A DNA stretch of 27,798 nt from Octopus sinensis (Eukaryota): NCBI RefSeq assembly GCF_006345805.1, contig NW_021827592.1:1-27798 (forward strand), read 5' to 3'. Under the pieces are notes generated by a model, which saw only the letters and a program-made list of their open reading frames with translations, searched no databases and was not told the origin of the DNA. Each line of letters opens with the position of its first letter. Positions within the stretch are counted from its first letter, which is position 1. The position numbers and the translations under genes were made by a program. Positions 11,192 to 22,001 of this stretch are shown piece by piece.

Positions 11192-11358
11192 AGGTACAGG
11201 TGTGGCAGTGTAGTAAGAAGCTTGCTTCCCTACCACATAGTCGTGGGTTCAGTCCCACTGCATGACACCTTGGGCAAGTGTTTTCTGCTATAGCCTAGGG
11301 CTGACCAAAGCCTTGTGAGTGGATTTGATAGACGGAAACTGAAAGACGCTCGTCATAT
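11192..11358 (+). mobile_element. SINE family A 5' half
   Basis: Matches the head and body of 5227-5390 (ggttcagtcccactgcatgacaccttgggcaagtg...gccttgtgagtggatttgatagacggaaactgaaaga). Confidence 0.85.
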
Positions 11359-11366
11359 ATGTGTGT

Positions 11367-11402
<36 letters not shown>

Positions 11403-11442
11403 TATTATAAATAAGAAAATGGAGAAATATATATATATATGT

Positions 11443-11609
11443 ATATGACAGGCTTCTTTCAGTTTCCGTCTCCCAAATCCACTCACGAGGCTTTGGTTGG
11501 ACCGAGGTTGTAGTAGAAGGCACTTGCCCAAGGTACCACACAATGGGAGTGAATCCAGAACCATATGGTTGGGAAGCAAGCTTCTTACAGCACACCCACG
11601 CCTGTGTCT
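11443..11609 (-). mobile_element. SINE family A 5' half, inverted relative to 11192-11358
   Basis: ttctttcagtttccgtctcccaaatccactcacgaggctttgg...cacttgcccaagg...agcttcttacagcacacccacgcctg is the reverse complement of the family A head. Confidence 0.85.
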
Positions 11610-11721
11610 GATGAGGATAATAGCCATAAAAGAGTTAATGGTTGTAGTATTTTGTTTTTATTTCCATCTCTGCAATGACCTCTTAGCATAAGAGAGCACA
11701 CACAAATTTATCTTGATGTCC

Positions 11722-12080
11722 ATATATTTAAATATATGTATGTATATATATATATATATATAATATATATATATATATAATATATATATATAATATTATA
11801 ATATATTATGTATATATATGTATGTATTATATTTAAATATATGTATATATATATGATATATATATATATATGTTGTATGTATGTATTTTAAAATATGTAT
11901 ATATAGGATGTATATTTTATATATATTTATATATGTATATATATGTATGTATATTTAAATATATGTATATATATATATGTATATATTATATATATGTGTG
12001 TGTATGTATGTATATTTAAATATATGTATATACATATGATATATATATGTATGTTTGTATGTATATATATTTAAATATAT
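11722..12080. repeat. (TA)n/(TATG)n microsatellite with recurring tatttaaat
   Basis: Direct inspection. Confidence 0.9.
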
Positions 12081-12419
12081 TCAAACAGTGAGAAAGATTC
12101 GTGTAAGATACATGAAAAGATTCATAAAATTATACTTCAGAAACGATAAAATATTTATATTGAAATTCATGGACATCTCTGGCTTGCCACATCTATTAAA
12201 TATCTGAATGAAATTAAGGAACACACACACATATGCTCATACACACACACGCACACATGCACAAATACACACACATGGTTCTGGTATTGATCTCAAATAA
12301 TATTCAATCGATGTTCCTAAGATCTGATATTTGCAAACATGCCTGCTTGTATTAGAAATATTTTAAGACAATTAAATTTCATTTTCGTTAGGGTCGTCAG
12401 ACAAAATATTTCAATCTGC

Positions 12420-12552
12420 TTAAGAAGCTTGCTTTGTAATCTTGAGTTTCATGGTTCAATCCCACTGCACAACACATTGGGTAAATGTCTTCTACTATAG
12501 CCCCAGTGCCTTGTAAGTGAATTTGGTAGATGGAAACTGTGTGAAAGCCTGT

Positions 12553-12594
<42 letters not shown>

Positions 12595-12852
12595 CCTTCG
12601 AAACGCAGCGTAGATGAAACCATGGTGACTGAAGAAGGGGAGTCTTCCTTGTGTTATTTGTCCTGTACTTTATTTTTTCGTTGTTTAAGAAAAATGTCCA
12701 ATTCCTTGGTTTTGTGTTTATGTTTTCGTTTCTCATTGTGTTCGACTTTTTTTTGGTGTCCTGTACCCATATATGCATTTATATATACATGTAGAGGTAT
12801 ACGTACATATATGTATGTATATATGCATATGTTTTATTTATTAATTCATTAT

Positions 12853-12884
<32 letters not shown>

Positions 12885-13040
12885 GATATATATATAGGTA
12901 TATGTACAAATGTCTTTGTACACCTACTATCACATGGGGACCACTGTTGGTTTGTTTACATCCCTGTAACTTTGTGGTTCAGCAAACAAGACAACCCATC
13001 CATGCCTTGCCACAACATGGCCACAGTCAAACAAGTAAAC
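12420..13040 (+). mobile_element. Old SINE family A copy split by an insertion in its internal microsatellite
   Basis: 5' half at 12420-12552 (taagaagcttgct..ggttcaatcccactgc..gtagatggaaactg). 3' half at about 12910-13040 (gtttacatccctgtaactt..ggttcagcaaa..catggccacagtcaaacaagtaaa). Confidence 0.7.
12595..12770 (+). mobile_element. Short insert with hammerhead-like core halves (probable Penelope-like terminal fragment)
   Basis: Flanked by (TA)-rich sequence. Contains cGAAAcgcagcgTA (12599-12612) and CTGAAGAagggg (12629-12640). Confidence 0.4.
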
Positions 13041-13189
13041 AACAAAATACCAAATACATCAATTCTTCAACCCTTTTGTTACCATATTCCTGTTGTAATC
13101 TGCTGCCTTCCTTTCAAATAATTTTGATGAAAATAAGGAAAAATCTAGTAAAATAATTTCGTCATTATTTAAGCTGGGGATTTGAACTT

Positions 13190-13955
13190 GGGTGCAGGCG
13201 TGGCTGTGTGGTAAGAAGCTTGCTTTCCAACCACATGGTTTCTGGTTCAATCTCATTGTGAGGCATTTTGAACAAGTGTTGTCAGCAGATTTGGTATATG
13301 ATGGAGACTGAAAGAAACCCATTGTACATATACATACATGTGTTTGTGTGTGTGTCTGTGCGTGTGTGTTTGAGTATGTATGTACAAGTTCATGCATGTG
13401 TATGTGTATACACATGTGTGTGCATATGTGTGAGTATGTATGTACAAGTGCATGCGTGCATGTGTGTGTGTGTGTTACTATCTCCTTACCATGTGTGTGT
13501 GTTACTATCTCTTTACCTTGTCTGTGTGTTACTATCTTCTTACCTTGTGTGTGTGTTTTACTATCTCCTTACCTTGTGTGTATGTGTGTTACTATCTCCT
13601 TACCTGTGTGTGTGTGTGTGTGTTACTATCTCCTTACCTTGTGTGTGTGCGTGTGTGTGTGTTACTATCTCCTTACCTTGTCTTTATGTGATAGTTTTAA
13701 ACGAGTGTCACTGTCATACAAGCCGTGTTCTTCATTTCCAATCTTCCATGAAAACATGCCCAACCATGATGAAATATTATCTTACCTGGGAACAGATGAG
13801 GACTGGCAAAAAGGAAGGACGTCCAGCCATAGGAAGCCTGTCTCAACAAATTCCATCTCACCCATATGAGCATCAAAAATTGAACATTGAATGAAAATGA
13901 TGATGATGATAATGATAACGATGATGATAATGATGACAATGACGACGGCAATGAT
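13190..13955 (+). mobile_element. SINE with family A head and RTE-type tail ending in (GAT)n
   Basis: Head ggtgcaggcgtggctgtgtggtaagaagcttgctttccaaccacatgg. Tail aggaaggacgtccagccatagg...cccatatgagcatcaaaaattgaacattgaa then (tga)n, homologous to 5788-5942. Confidence 0.65.
13470..13682. repeat. Minisatellite: 7 x ttactatctccttacc(tt) separated by variable (GT)n
   Basis: Units start at 13475, 13502, 13529, 13558, 13589, 13623 and 13662. Confidence 0.92.
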
Positions 13956-14394
13956 GGTTCAAACTTGACATCACCTTTTCCCCATGTATAAGTCGCATCC
14001 TGATTTTTTGTCATTTAAAACAAACCAGAAAATACTCCAACTTATAACCTGAGTAAATACATTAATTTTGGAAGCAAAATTGTCTTAAAATTGATTCCAT
14101 TCCGTCCGTCTTTTTATTGATTGAACATCTATCTGATTTCGGCCCTACTGGCATGTCTGTCTGTCAAACAGATCACAGGCTGTGTGAGATGTGCCATGAC
14201 TTCACCATCAGTGTCAGCTCGGATTTGATTGTCAAGCCACCACGTTTCAATCTGTGAGGAAATTTGTTGTGACATATTCTACGAGTCTTGTATTTATCGA
14301 AAATGGAATCACTTCAGGCAAGAATTGTCCTCGATTCAGTTCTTCTAGCCTTGACATCTGCAAACAATAGATATAAAATTAACTGAAGATACAC

Positions 14395-14556
14395 GTGTGT
14401 GTGTGTGTGTGTGTGAGTCTACATATATGTGTGTGTGTGAGTCTACATATATATGTGTGTGTGAGTCTACATATATATGTGTGTATGTGTGAGTCTACAT
14501 ATATATATGTGTGTGTGTGTGAGTCTACATATATATGTGTGTGTGTGTGAGTCTAC

Positions 14557-14589
<33 letters not shown>

Positions 14590-14646
14590 AGTCTACATAT
14601 ATGTGTGTGTGTGTGAGTCTATATATATGTGTGTGTGTGAGTCTAC

Positions 14647-14685
<39 letters not shown>

Positions 14686-14715
14686 TCTACATATATATGT
14701 GTGTGTGTGTATGTG
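14395..14715. repeat. Minisatellite: 10 x gagtcta(ca)(ta)n(tg)n
   Basis: gagtcta at 14415, 14439, 14463, 14491, 14521, 14549, 14589, 14615, 14639 and 14683. Confidence 0.92.
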
Positions 14716-14864
14716 TGCATATATATATAAGTTAACATAGATATACAAATATACACATACAAAAATAGCTCACCACTTTAATAGTAATGATGATGATTAT
14801 AATAATAATAATAATAATAATAACAATATTAATAATAATAATAATAATAATAATTATAATTTAG

Positions 14865-15048
14865 GTAGAAGGCCAGCAGTTTTTGGGGAAGGAGCTAAGC
14901 CAGTTACATCGACCCCAGTGTTCAAATGGTAATTATTCTGTTGACCCCAAGAGGATGAAAGGCAGAGCCAGAATTTGAACTCAGAACACAAAGACAAATG
15001 AAATGCCACTGAGCATTTTACCTAGCTTGATAACAGCTCTGCTACCTT
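14865..15048 (-). mobile_element. SINE family B
   Basis: tacatcgaccccagtg..ggatgaaaggca..gaatttgaactcagaac is the reverse complement of the family B body. The (TAA)n tail lies at 14800-14860. Confidence 0.78.
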
Positions 15049-15099
15049 GATGATGATGATGATGGTGATGATGATGGTGATGGTGGTGGTGGTGGTGGT

Positions 15100-15317
15100 C
15101 ATCGTCCTTTTTACTGTAGGCACAAAACCTGAAATTTTGTGGGAAGGGGGACTAGTTGATTACATCGACCCCCAGTGTTTCGCTGGTACTTAATTTACCA
15201 AAAGGATGAAAGGCAAAGTCGACCCGGGTGGAATTTGAACCCAGAACGTAAAGACACACGAAATGGTTACTAAGCCTTTCACCCAGCATTCTAACAACTC
15301 TGCCAGATCACCACCTT
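15100..15317 (-). mobile_element. SINE family B, tandem to the previous copy
   Basis: gattacatcgacccccagtg..ggatgaaaggcaaagtcgacc..gaatttgaacccagaacgt..tctgccagatcaccacctt. Confidence 0.8.
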
Positions 15318-16081
15318 AATAATGATGATGATGATGCTGATGGTGAATGTAACAAAGATAATTTACCACTTACCTTTCATTCACAACACACAGGCATGTG
15401 ATAATTCACGTTGTACAGAATGCATCATCATAGACAAAGAACACCTATTATTATTCTTGAAATAGTAATCCGGAATTTTCAAGAAATCTGCGTGAATGTA
15501 AATTCAATATGGTGTCAATTTGATTTCTTGAAAAGATTATCTTGTAATTTGATAAGAATTACACATATTCTTACTCCATATGGCTGGTTTAGTCAATTAG
15601 TCAAGTATTTTTGTAGTTTGTTCATTTCTTACTTAATTTTCATGATAGTTTTTCGTGTCATTTATTTAGTCCGCAAATCTATTTCAGAATGACTAGTGCT
15701 TTTATTAACTTAAGGTGTTTATTCCGTTAAGAAAAATCAATAGATTAATGGAGTTTGAAAATAAAAAATAACGAAAGAAAATACATACCTAAAACAACAG
15801 CTAAAAATATTATTATCAAATCTTTATGTTTTATCAAAATTTTCCATTCAATATTTTTAACATGATTTTGTCGTGAAATTGCATTTTTTTTCTCTTTCGC
15901 TTTCTGTGTTTCCTTCCTTCCTTCTCACCCTCTTTCCCTCACACGTTCACTCTTTCTCTTTCCTTTTTCTCTTTCTCTCTGTTTCTCCTCTTTCTTTTTC
16001 TCCATTTTTCACTCTTTCTGTCTTTCTCAGACCCTATTTATTTATCTCATACACACTTTATTTACTTATTTATTTAAAAGG

Positions 16082-16090
16082 TTATTATTA

Positions 16091-16127
<37 letters not shown>

Positions 16128-16270
16128 CATCATAATCATCATCCCTGATGTCGTCATCATTGTCATCATCAGCATTAACATTATTACCTTCATCATTGTT
16201 ACCATAACTATTTTCAGTGTTATCATCAACATTATCATCATCATTATTGTTATAACGATCACCATCATTT
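16082..16270. repeat. (TAT)n/(CAT)n microsatellite
   Basis: Direct inspection. Confidence 0.85.
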
Positions 16271-16832
16271 TCACTAAATTACTATCTTTAACAAAGAACA
16301 GCAACAAAAAATAAAACAAATAAAACCAAAATTCTTGCTTTAATATTTGTAGATTGGTTTACAAAAATATATATAAAAAAAAGCACACATAAAAAAACTA
16401 TACTATCTTAAAATATCAATAAATTACTCTCAGTATCTAGGTTTAAATGTTACCTATTCAATATATATAACACATATTTTCCTTCGATAAAAAGGAAATA
16501 TTTTAATAAAAGTCGAAATATCTTATCAGGTAATGTACGATATTATATATAGATACCTGAAAAGCCAAAATATCGTTAATTTTGTTTGTATTTTTGATTT
16601 ATTTATTTTTCTTTTCTTTTATTTTATTTTTAGTTGTCTTCAACTTTTACTAATGAAAAGTTTTCAATAGATTCCACTTAGGTTTAAAGTATGGAAGACT
16701 GTATAATGTTTGAATATAAGATAGAGTAATATATTGAAAGTATGGAAGACTATGACACGTTTAAAGTCTGAGGAAAATGTAATATAATATAACATAACAT
16801 GTAACGAAAATAATAATAATAATACTAATAAC

Positions 16833-16877
<45 letters not shown>

Positions 16878-16879
<2 letters not shown>

Positions 16880-17078
16880 CCCTTTCTACTATTGGCACGA
16901 AGCCTGATATTAGAGAAGAGGGAGCTTGTCGATTAAATCAACCCCAGTGCTCAACTGGTACTTTTATCAATCCTCAAAGTATGAAAGGCTAAGTCAACCT
17001 TGGCAGAATTAGAACTCAGAACATAAAGACAGGCGAAATCCCACTTAGCATTTTGCTATTTCTGCCAGCTCAACACTT
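16878..17078 (-). mobile_element. SINE family B with (TAA)n tail at 16810-16877
   Basis: cctttctactattggcac..caaccccagtgctcaactggtact..atgaaaggc..gaactcagaac..tctgccagctc. Confidence 0.78.
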
Positions 17079-17241
17079 TTGTAATACAATATAATATTAT
17101 ATAAGATAACAGGTTTTAAATAATGAGGTACTACATTCAGGTTGGATCCAGCTGATAGTAAAGGTTTAGGCTAACCCCAGCTCCGTTTTATGAAAAATAT
17201 TCTTTTTTCATATTTCAAAATATTCTTCCACACACATATAT

Positions 17242-17410
17242 CACTCTTTCACTCTTTTACTTGTTACAGTCATTTGACTGTGGCCATGCTGGAGCACTGC
17301 CTTTAATCGAGCAACTCGACCCCGGGACTTATTCTTTTTGTAAGCCCAGTACTTATTCTATCGGTCTCTTTTGCCGAACCGCTAAGTGACGGGGACGTAA
17401 AACACACCAG
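17242..17410 (-). mobile_element. SINE family A 3' half
   Basis: Close reverse complement of 5470-5635 (cagtcatttgactgtggccatgctggagcac..gtaagcccagtacttattctatcggtctcttttgcc). Confidence 0.88.
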
Positions 17411-18084
17411 ACACACAACACACACACATATATCACTATCACGTAGTTAAAGTTGTGATTAGTTCAAATTAATGTACTTTAAGGAAGGCTTTTATTATTT
17501 CAACCAATGAAAAAGAAACTTATAAACTTAAATGTTGAAAGATGTGATCTATCATCCCTTCACTTTGTCTATATGCACCAAGCTGTATGAAAGACATTTT
17601 TTTTTCAAATATTCACATATATTTGCTGAAATGAACTCTACTGATTCATGAATGATACTGTAATATCTTGCAGCTGAAACAGTAAGAGATATCTATCAAT
17701 CATGGATTTTCTCAAGAACTGTAGTGCATTCAATTGGACAATTTCTATCACTGCCCTCATTCTAAGGATGCTTACTCTATAGGACCATGTGTATATATCG
17801 TGCAGATGAGTTTTCTGCAAGCAAACTTTTCTAACATCCCATATATTCTTTCCTCTCTTTATTGTTAATAAAGTTGTTATAACATATATTGACACCTTCA
17901 GTTCATTTGCTTCATCCAACATATTAATAGGGATTTTTTTTAAGGAACTCTGTATTAAGTAAACAAACAATAAAAAATTAAAAATGTAAATACTGTGCAT
18001 GTTTTTCCTTATAATTCCTTAATTTCAATTTCAAATTTCAAATCCTTGAAATTAAACACTCCTTTGTAATAGTTGTAACTAGAA

Positions 18085-18451
18085 CAATGGCTCTCAACCG
18101 ATGTCTATATGACTCTAGGTGTCTATATGACTCTGGAAGTCCATATGACTCTGGAGGTCCCATATGACTCTAGGGTTCCATATGACTCAGGGGGTCTTTA
18201 GAAGATTTAGTTGTTAAAAATCTACGTACAATAAATTGGTTATAGTTATACTTTGAAAATACACAAACTTTTTAAGAGTTTTTTTTTTATACAATACCTA
18301 ATAATATTTAATTATAACAATATATAAAGTTCTTTAAAACATTGTATGGCTATAAGGGTCCAGCAGAATCAAACAGGAACTGAAAGAAAACATTGAATGG
18401 CTTAGAGGTTCCAGCAGAGTCAAGCAGGAATCAAACAACAGAAAACCACTG
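18085..18451. mobile_element. Probable non-autonomous hAT (Charlie-like) DNA transposon/MITE
   Basis: The ends caatggctctcaacc and gaaaaccactg resemble the hAT TIR CAGTGGTTCTCAACC. The 8-bp flanks aactagaa and cattagag both fit the nnnTAGAn target preference but are not identical. Confidence 0.5.
18103..18196. repeat. ~18-bp minisatellite gtc(c/t)atatgactct(a/g)g, 5 copies
   Basis: Direct inspection; lies inside the putative MITE. Confidence 0.9.
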
Positions 18452-19117
18452 CATTAGAGGGAAGACATGTGTTTGATTAATCCTACAATTTTTAATAAAA
18501 GTTCATAGTTTATCAACGTTAGGTGCTAAATGTTGACATCTTACTATAACTGTATAAAAAAAAACCATTAAAAATCAATGAAAAACTTCTGTGACTTTCA
18601 TCACCAATTGACCACCAACATTTTTCAGGGGGTTTTTGTTGGGTATTTTATTTATTTTTTTTTTTCTACATAATTTATATTTCTCTCCATTGAAACGGCT
18701 TATATATTTGTCTGACTTTGATAAAAAATTCTGAGGTTTCTTTCAAATTTTGTTTTCAAATTGACTCTTTTTTTACATTTCTTTTCTAGTTTTCATTGGT
18801 TTTTGTTTGTTTTTCAAGTGTCTCTTTTAGTCATGATCCGACTTATTCATGTCTCTTCTGTTTCTGTTTAGATTTGTTTTATCTAATTAACTGCTCAAAG
18901 CAAAACTCCAAAAGATAAAAAGACAAAATTTTCCCCAAAAAAAACATTAAAAATTTTTTAAATGAATAAAAATAAAATAAAATACTTAACTAAATAATGA
19001 AATTTCTGTATTTTATTATACTTACTTATCTGGAGAAGAGAAGAAAACAAAAATGAGTGGTTCGTGATGTGATATTACAGAGGTTAGAATATGGAAGAGA
19101 ATCAAGGAAGTTTCCAT

Positions 19118-19225
19118 GAAAACTAGAAGAAATTTTGTGTTGGAAACCACAAGATATTTTGTTGGAAACAACAAGAAATTTTTGTTAGAAGTGACAAGAA
19201 GTTTCTTAGGAAACCACAAGTTTTT
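19118..19225. repeat. Degenerate ~21-23-bp tandem repeat (ggaaaccacaagaaattttgtt-like)
   Basis: Four to five imperfect copies by inspection. Confidence 0.6.
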
Positions 19226-19264
19226 AACGTAGTTTTGAGAGAGATTCAGCAAGACACAAAATGG

Positions 19265-19433
19265 GACAAGGTTAGCCCTTTGAATTACAGGTACTATTCA
19301 CTTTTGCCAGCTGAGTGGACTGGAGCAATGTGAAATAAAGTGTCTTGCTTAAGAATACAACACACTGCCAGGAATCAAACTAACAACTTTATGATTGTGA
19401 GCTAAATACCCTAAATCAAGCCACATGCTTCAC
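19265..19433 (-). mobile_element. SINE family D
   Basis: gctgagtggactggagcaatgtgaaataaagtgtcttgct..ggaatcaaac..taccctaa..aagccacatgcttcac; homologous to 4862-5005. Confidence 0.72.
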
Positions 19434-19814
19434 TAGTGATTAGATAATGAAAAGTTGCTGAGATTTGAAACCACTTCATACAGATTTCTTGTTAGAACCC
19501 CAGCATAAGATTTCTAAATAACACATAAATGTCTATTTGACCAATCAGCATAAGCTAAATTGTTATGGTTGATGTGAATATCAGAGTGTGTGAATTTTCC
19601 TGCCAAGTAGCTTGACTGAAAGTTCTAGAAGCTTTTGCTAAAAGTTATAAAAAGCCTGGTGAATTCAACATCAGTCAGAATCCCAGAAACCATATAGAGT
19701 CATGTCACTCTGCTCCATGAGATGGTCTCTCACTGCCTGCTACTTTTCTAAATATTACCCTCCCTTAAAATTTCATGTCAATTTACATTCCAAACACAAT
19801 CTTGAATTATGACA

Positions 19815-19930
19815 GAGCAATATGAAATGAAGTGTTTTGCTCAAGAACACAATTCACATCCTCGTTAGGGAATTGGAAATGCAATCTTGTGATTGTAAGC
19901 GTAATATCATAACCACTAGGCCACATGTGC
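19815..19930 (-). mobile_element. SINE family D fragment
   Basis: gagcaatatgaaatgaagtgttttgctcaagaacacaa..taaccactaggccacatg. Confidence 0.65.
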
Positions 19931-20239
19931 TGGATACAGTTTCTGGAAAAAAGACAGAATAGCCATGGTTGGAATACCTTTTGGTCATGTATAGGCTCGC
20001 TTGTTGAGAGCTGACTTGAGGAAGGGTGGGGTTAAGCCATTGCAATGTGTATGTATCAGAATATAGTATATGTGTGTGTGTGTATATATATGTGTGTACG
20101 TATGTCTGTATATTTGTGTGTGTGCACGTGCATGTGTGTGTGTGTGCACGTGTGTGTGTGTGCGCGTACATGCATGTGTTTTGCCCATAAATCATTGCAG
20201 TAATACCTTATTAGATTGATCCTATCCAATACAAAAATA

Positions 20240-21140
20240 CTAACAATAATAACAACAATAATAATAATAGTGATAATAATAATAATAATGATAATAATAA
20301 TAATAATAATGATAATAATAATAATAATGATAATAATAATGATAATAATAATAATAATGATAATAATAATAATAATAATGATAATAATAATGATAATAAT
20401 AATAATAATGATAATAATAATAATGATAATAATAATAATAATAATGATAATATGATAATAATGATAATAATAATATAATAATGATAATAATAATAATAAT
20501 GATAATAAATGATAATAATAATAATATGATAATAATAATGATATAATAATAATAATGATAATAATAATAATAATGATAATAATAATGATAATAATAATAA
20601 TAATGATAATAATAATGATAATAATAATAATAATGATAATAATAATGATAATAATAATAATAATGATAATAATAATAATAATGATAATAATATGATAATA
20701 ATAATAAAATGATAATAATAATAATAATGATAATAATAATAATAATGATAATAATAATGATAATAATAATAATGATGATAATAATAATAATAATGATAAT
20801 ATAATATAATGATATAATAATATAATGATAATATAATAATGATAATAATAATAATAATAATGATAATAATAATAATGATGATAATAAATAATAATGATAA
20901 TAATATAATAATGATAATAATAATATAATGATAATAATAATAATGATGATAATAATAATAATAATGATAATAATAATAATAATGATAATAATAATAATGA
21001 TGATAATAATAATAATAATGATAATAATAATAATAATGATAATAATAATAATAATGATAATAATAATAATGATAATAATAATAATAATAATAATGATAGT
21101 AGCAACAACAACAAAAATAACAATAATAATAATAATAATG

Positions 21141-21174
<34 letters not shown>

Positions 21175-21272
21175 TAATAATAATAATGATAATAATAATA
21201 ATAATAATAATAATGATAGTAACAACAACAACAAAAATAACCACAATAATAATAATAATGATAACAATAATA
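20240..21272. repeat. ~1-kb (AAT)n microsatellite interrupted by GAT
   Basis: Direct inspection; this is the source of the poly-I/L ORFs. Confidence 0.97.
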
Positions 21273-21646
21273 AGAAGGAGGAGGAGGAGGAGGATAAGGA
21301 AAATAACATCTGTGGTTGAGAAAATTGGAAATAAAATGGAGATAATTATTTTCCCATAAATTTCTTCTTTGTGGAAATCAGTTTGTTTTGGTGCAGTCGT
21401 TTAACAGTGAATTTTAACAGAAATGTTTAAATCTGAACCGCATTTCATAAATCAGTGAGTGGTGGCAGGGAGGAAGGAGAAGGGGGCGGAAATACAAATC
21501 AAAACAACAGACAAAAAAAACAACAAAACAAAACTACAGTAAAACAATATTAACAAGTATTATTTCACCAATATTTCGTGGAATCTTCAATATTTTGGGG
21601 GTCATTTTTTTCTCTCTGTGATTGTTTTTTTTACATATATATATAT

Positions 21647-21950
21647 ATCACGTGATCACGTGACCGACCAGACCATCAGATGTTGTTACACATCGCTGGT
21701 CACAATGCGCTTCGCATTGATTTAGCCTTCGAATGACGCCACCCCGCTGGCTAAGCGAGCAGGCCAACAGAAGAAAGAGAGAAAGAGCGGTGAAAGTGTA
21801 CAGCAGGGATCACCACCCCCTGCCGGAGCATCGTGGAGCTTTTAGGTGGTTTTGCTCAATAAACACTCACAACGCCCGGTCTGGGAATCGAAACCGCGAT
21901 CCTATGACCGCGAGTCCGCTGCCCTAACCACTGGGCCATCGCGCCTCCAC
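21647..21950 (-). mobile_element. tRNA(Arg)-like SINE family C, full length
   Basis: Minus strand: gtggaggcgcgatggcccagtggttagggcagcggactcgcggtc (A box TGGCCCAGTGG, TCG at the anticodon position), B box gtttcgattcc and tail (cacgtgat)2. Consistent with the tRNA-Arg-derived octopus OR-type SINEs, but not verified. Confidence 0.88.
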
Positions 21951-21951
21951 C

Positions 21952-21995
<44 letters not shown>

Positions 21996-22001
21996 TATTC
22001 A

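Noticed and set aside
13470-14715. Repeat-spacer-like arrays resembling CRISPR
   Set aside because: The spacers are variable-length (GT)/(TA) microsatellites rather than unique sequences, the context is eukaryotic, and there are no cas genes.
17638-18000. 120-aa minus-strand ORF
   Set aside because: No recognisable motif; compatible with a chance ORF in AT-rich DNA.
20056-21359. Long ORFs (417, 334 and 143 aa) of poly-L/I/Y
   Set aside because: They are stop-free frames of the (AAT)n microsatellite.
21421-21454. 34-bp candidate exon (tttaacag...gtgagt)
   Set aside because: The splice-like motifs are plausible, but there is no NAV-like peptide and the length would shift the frame.
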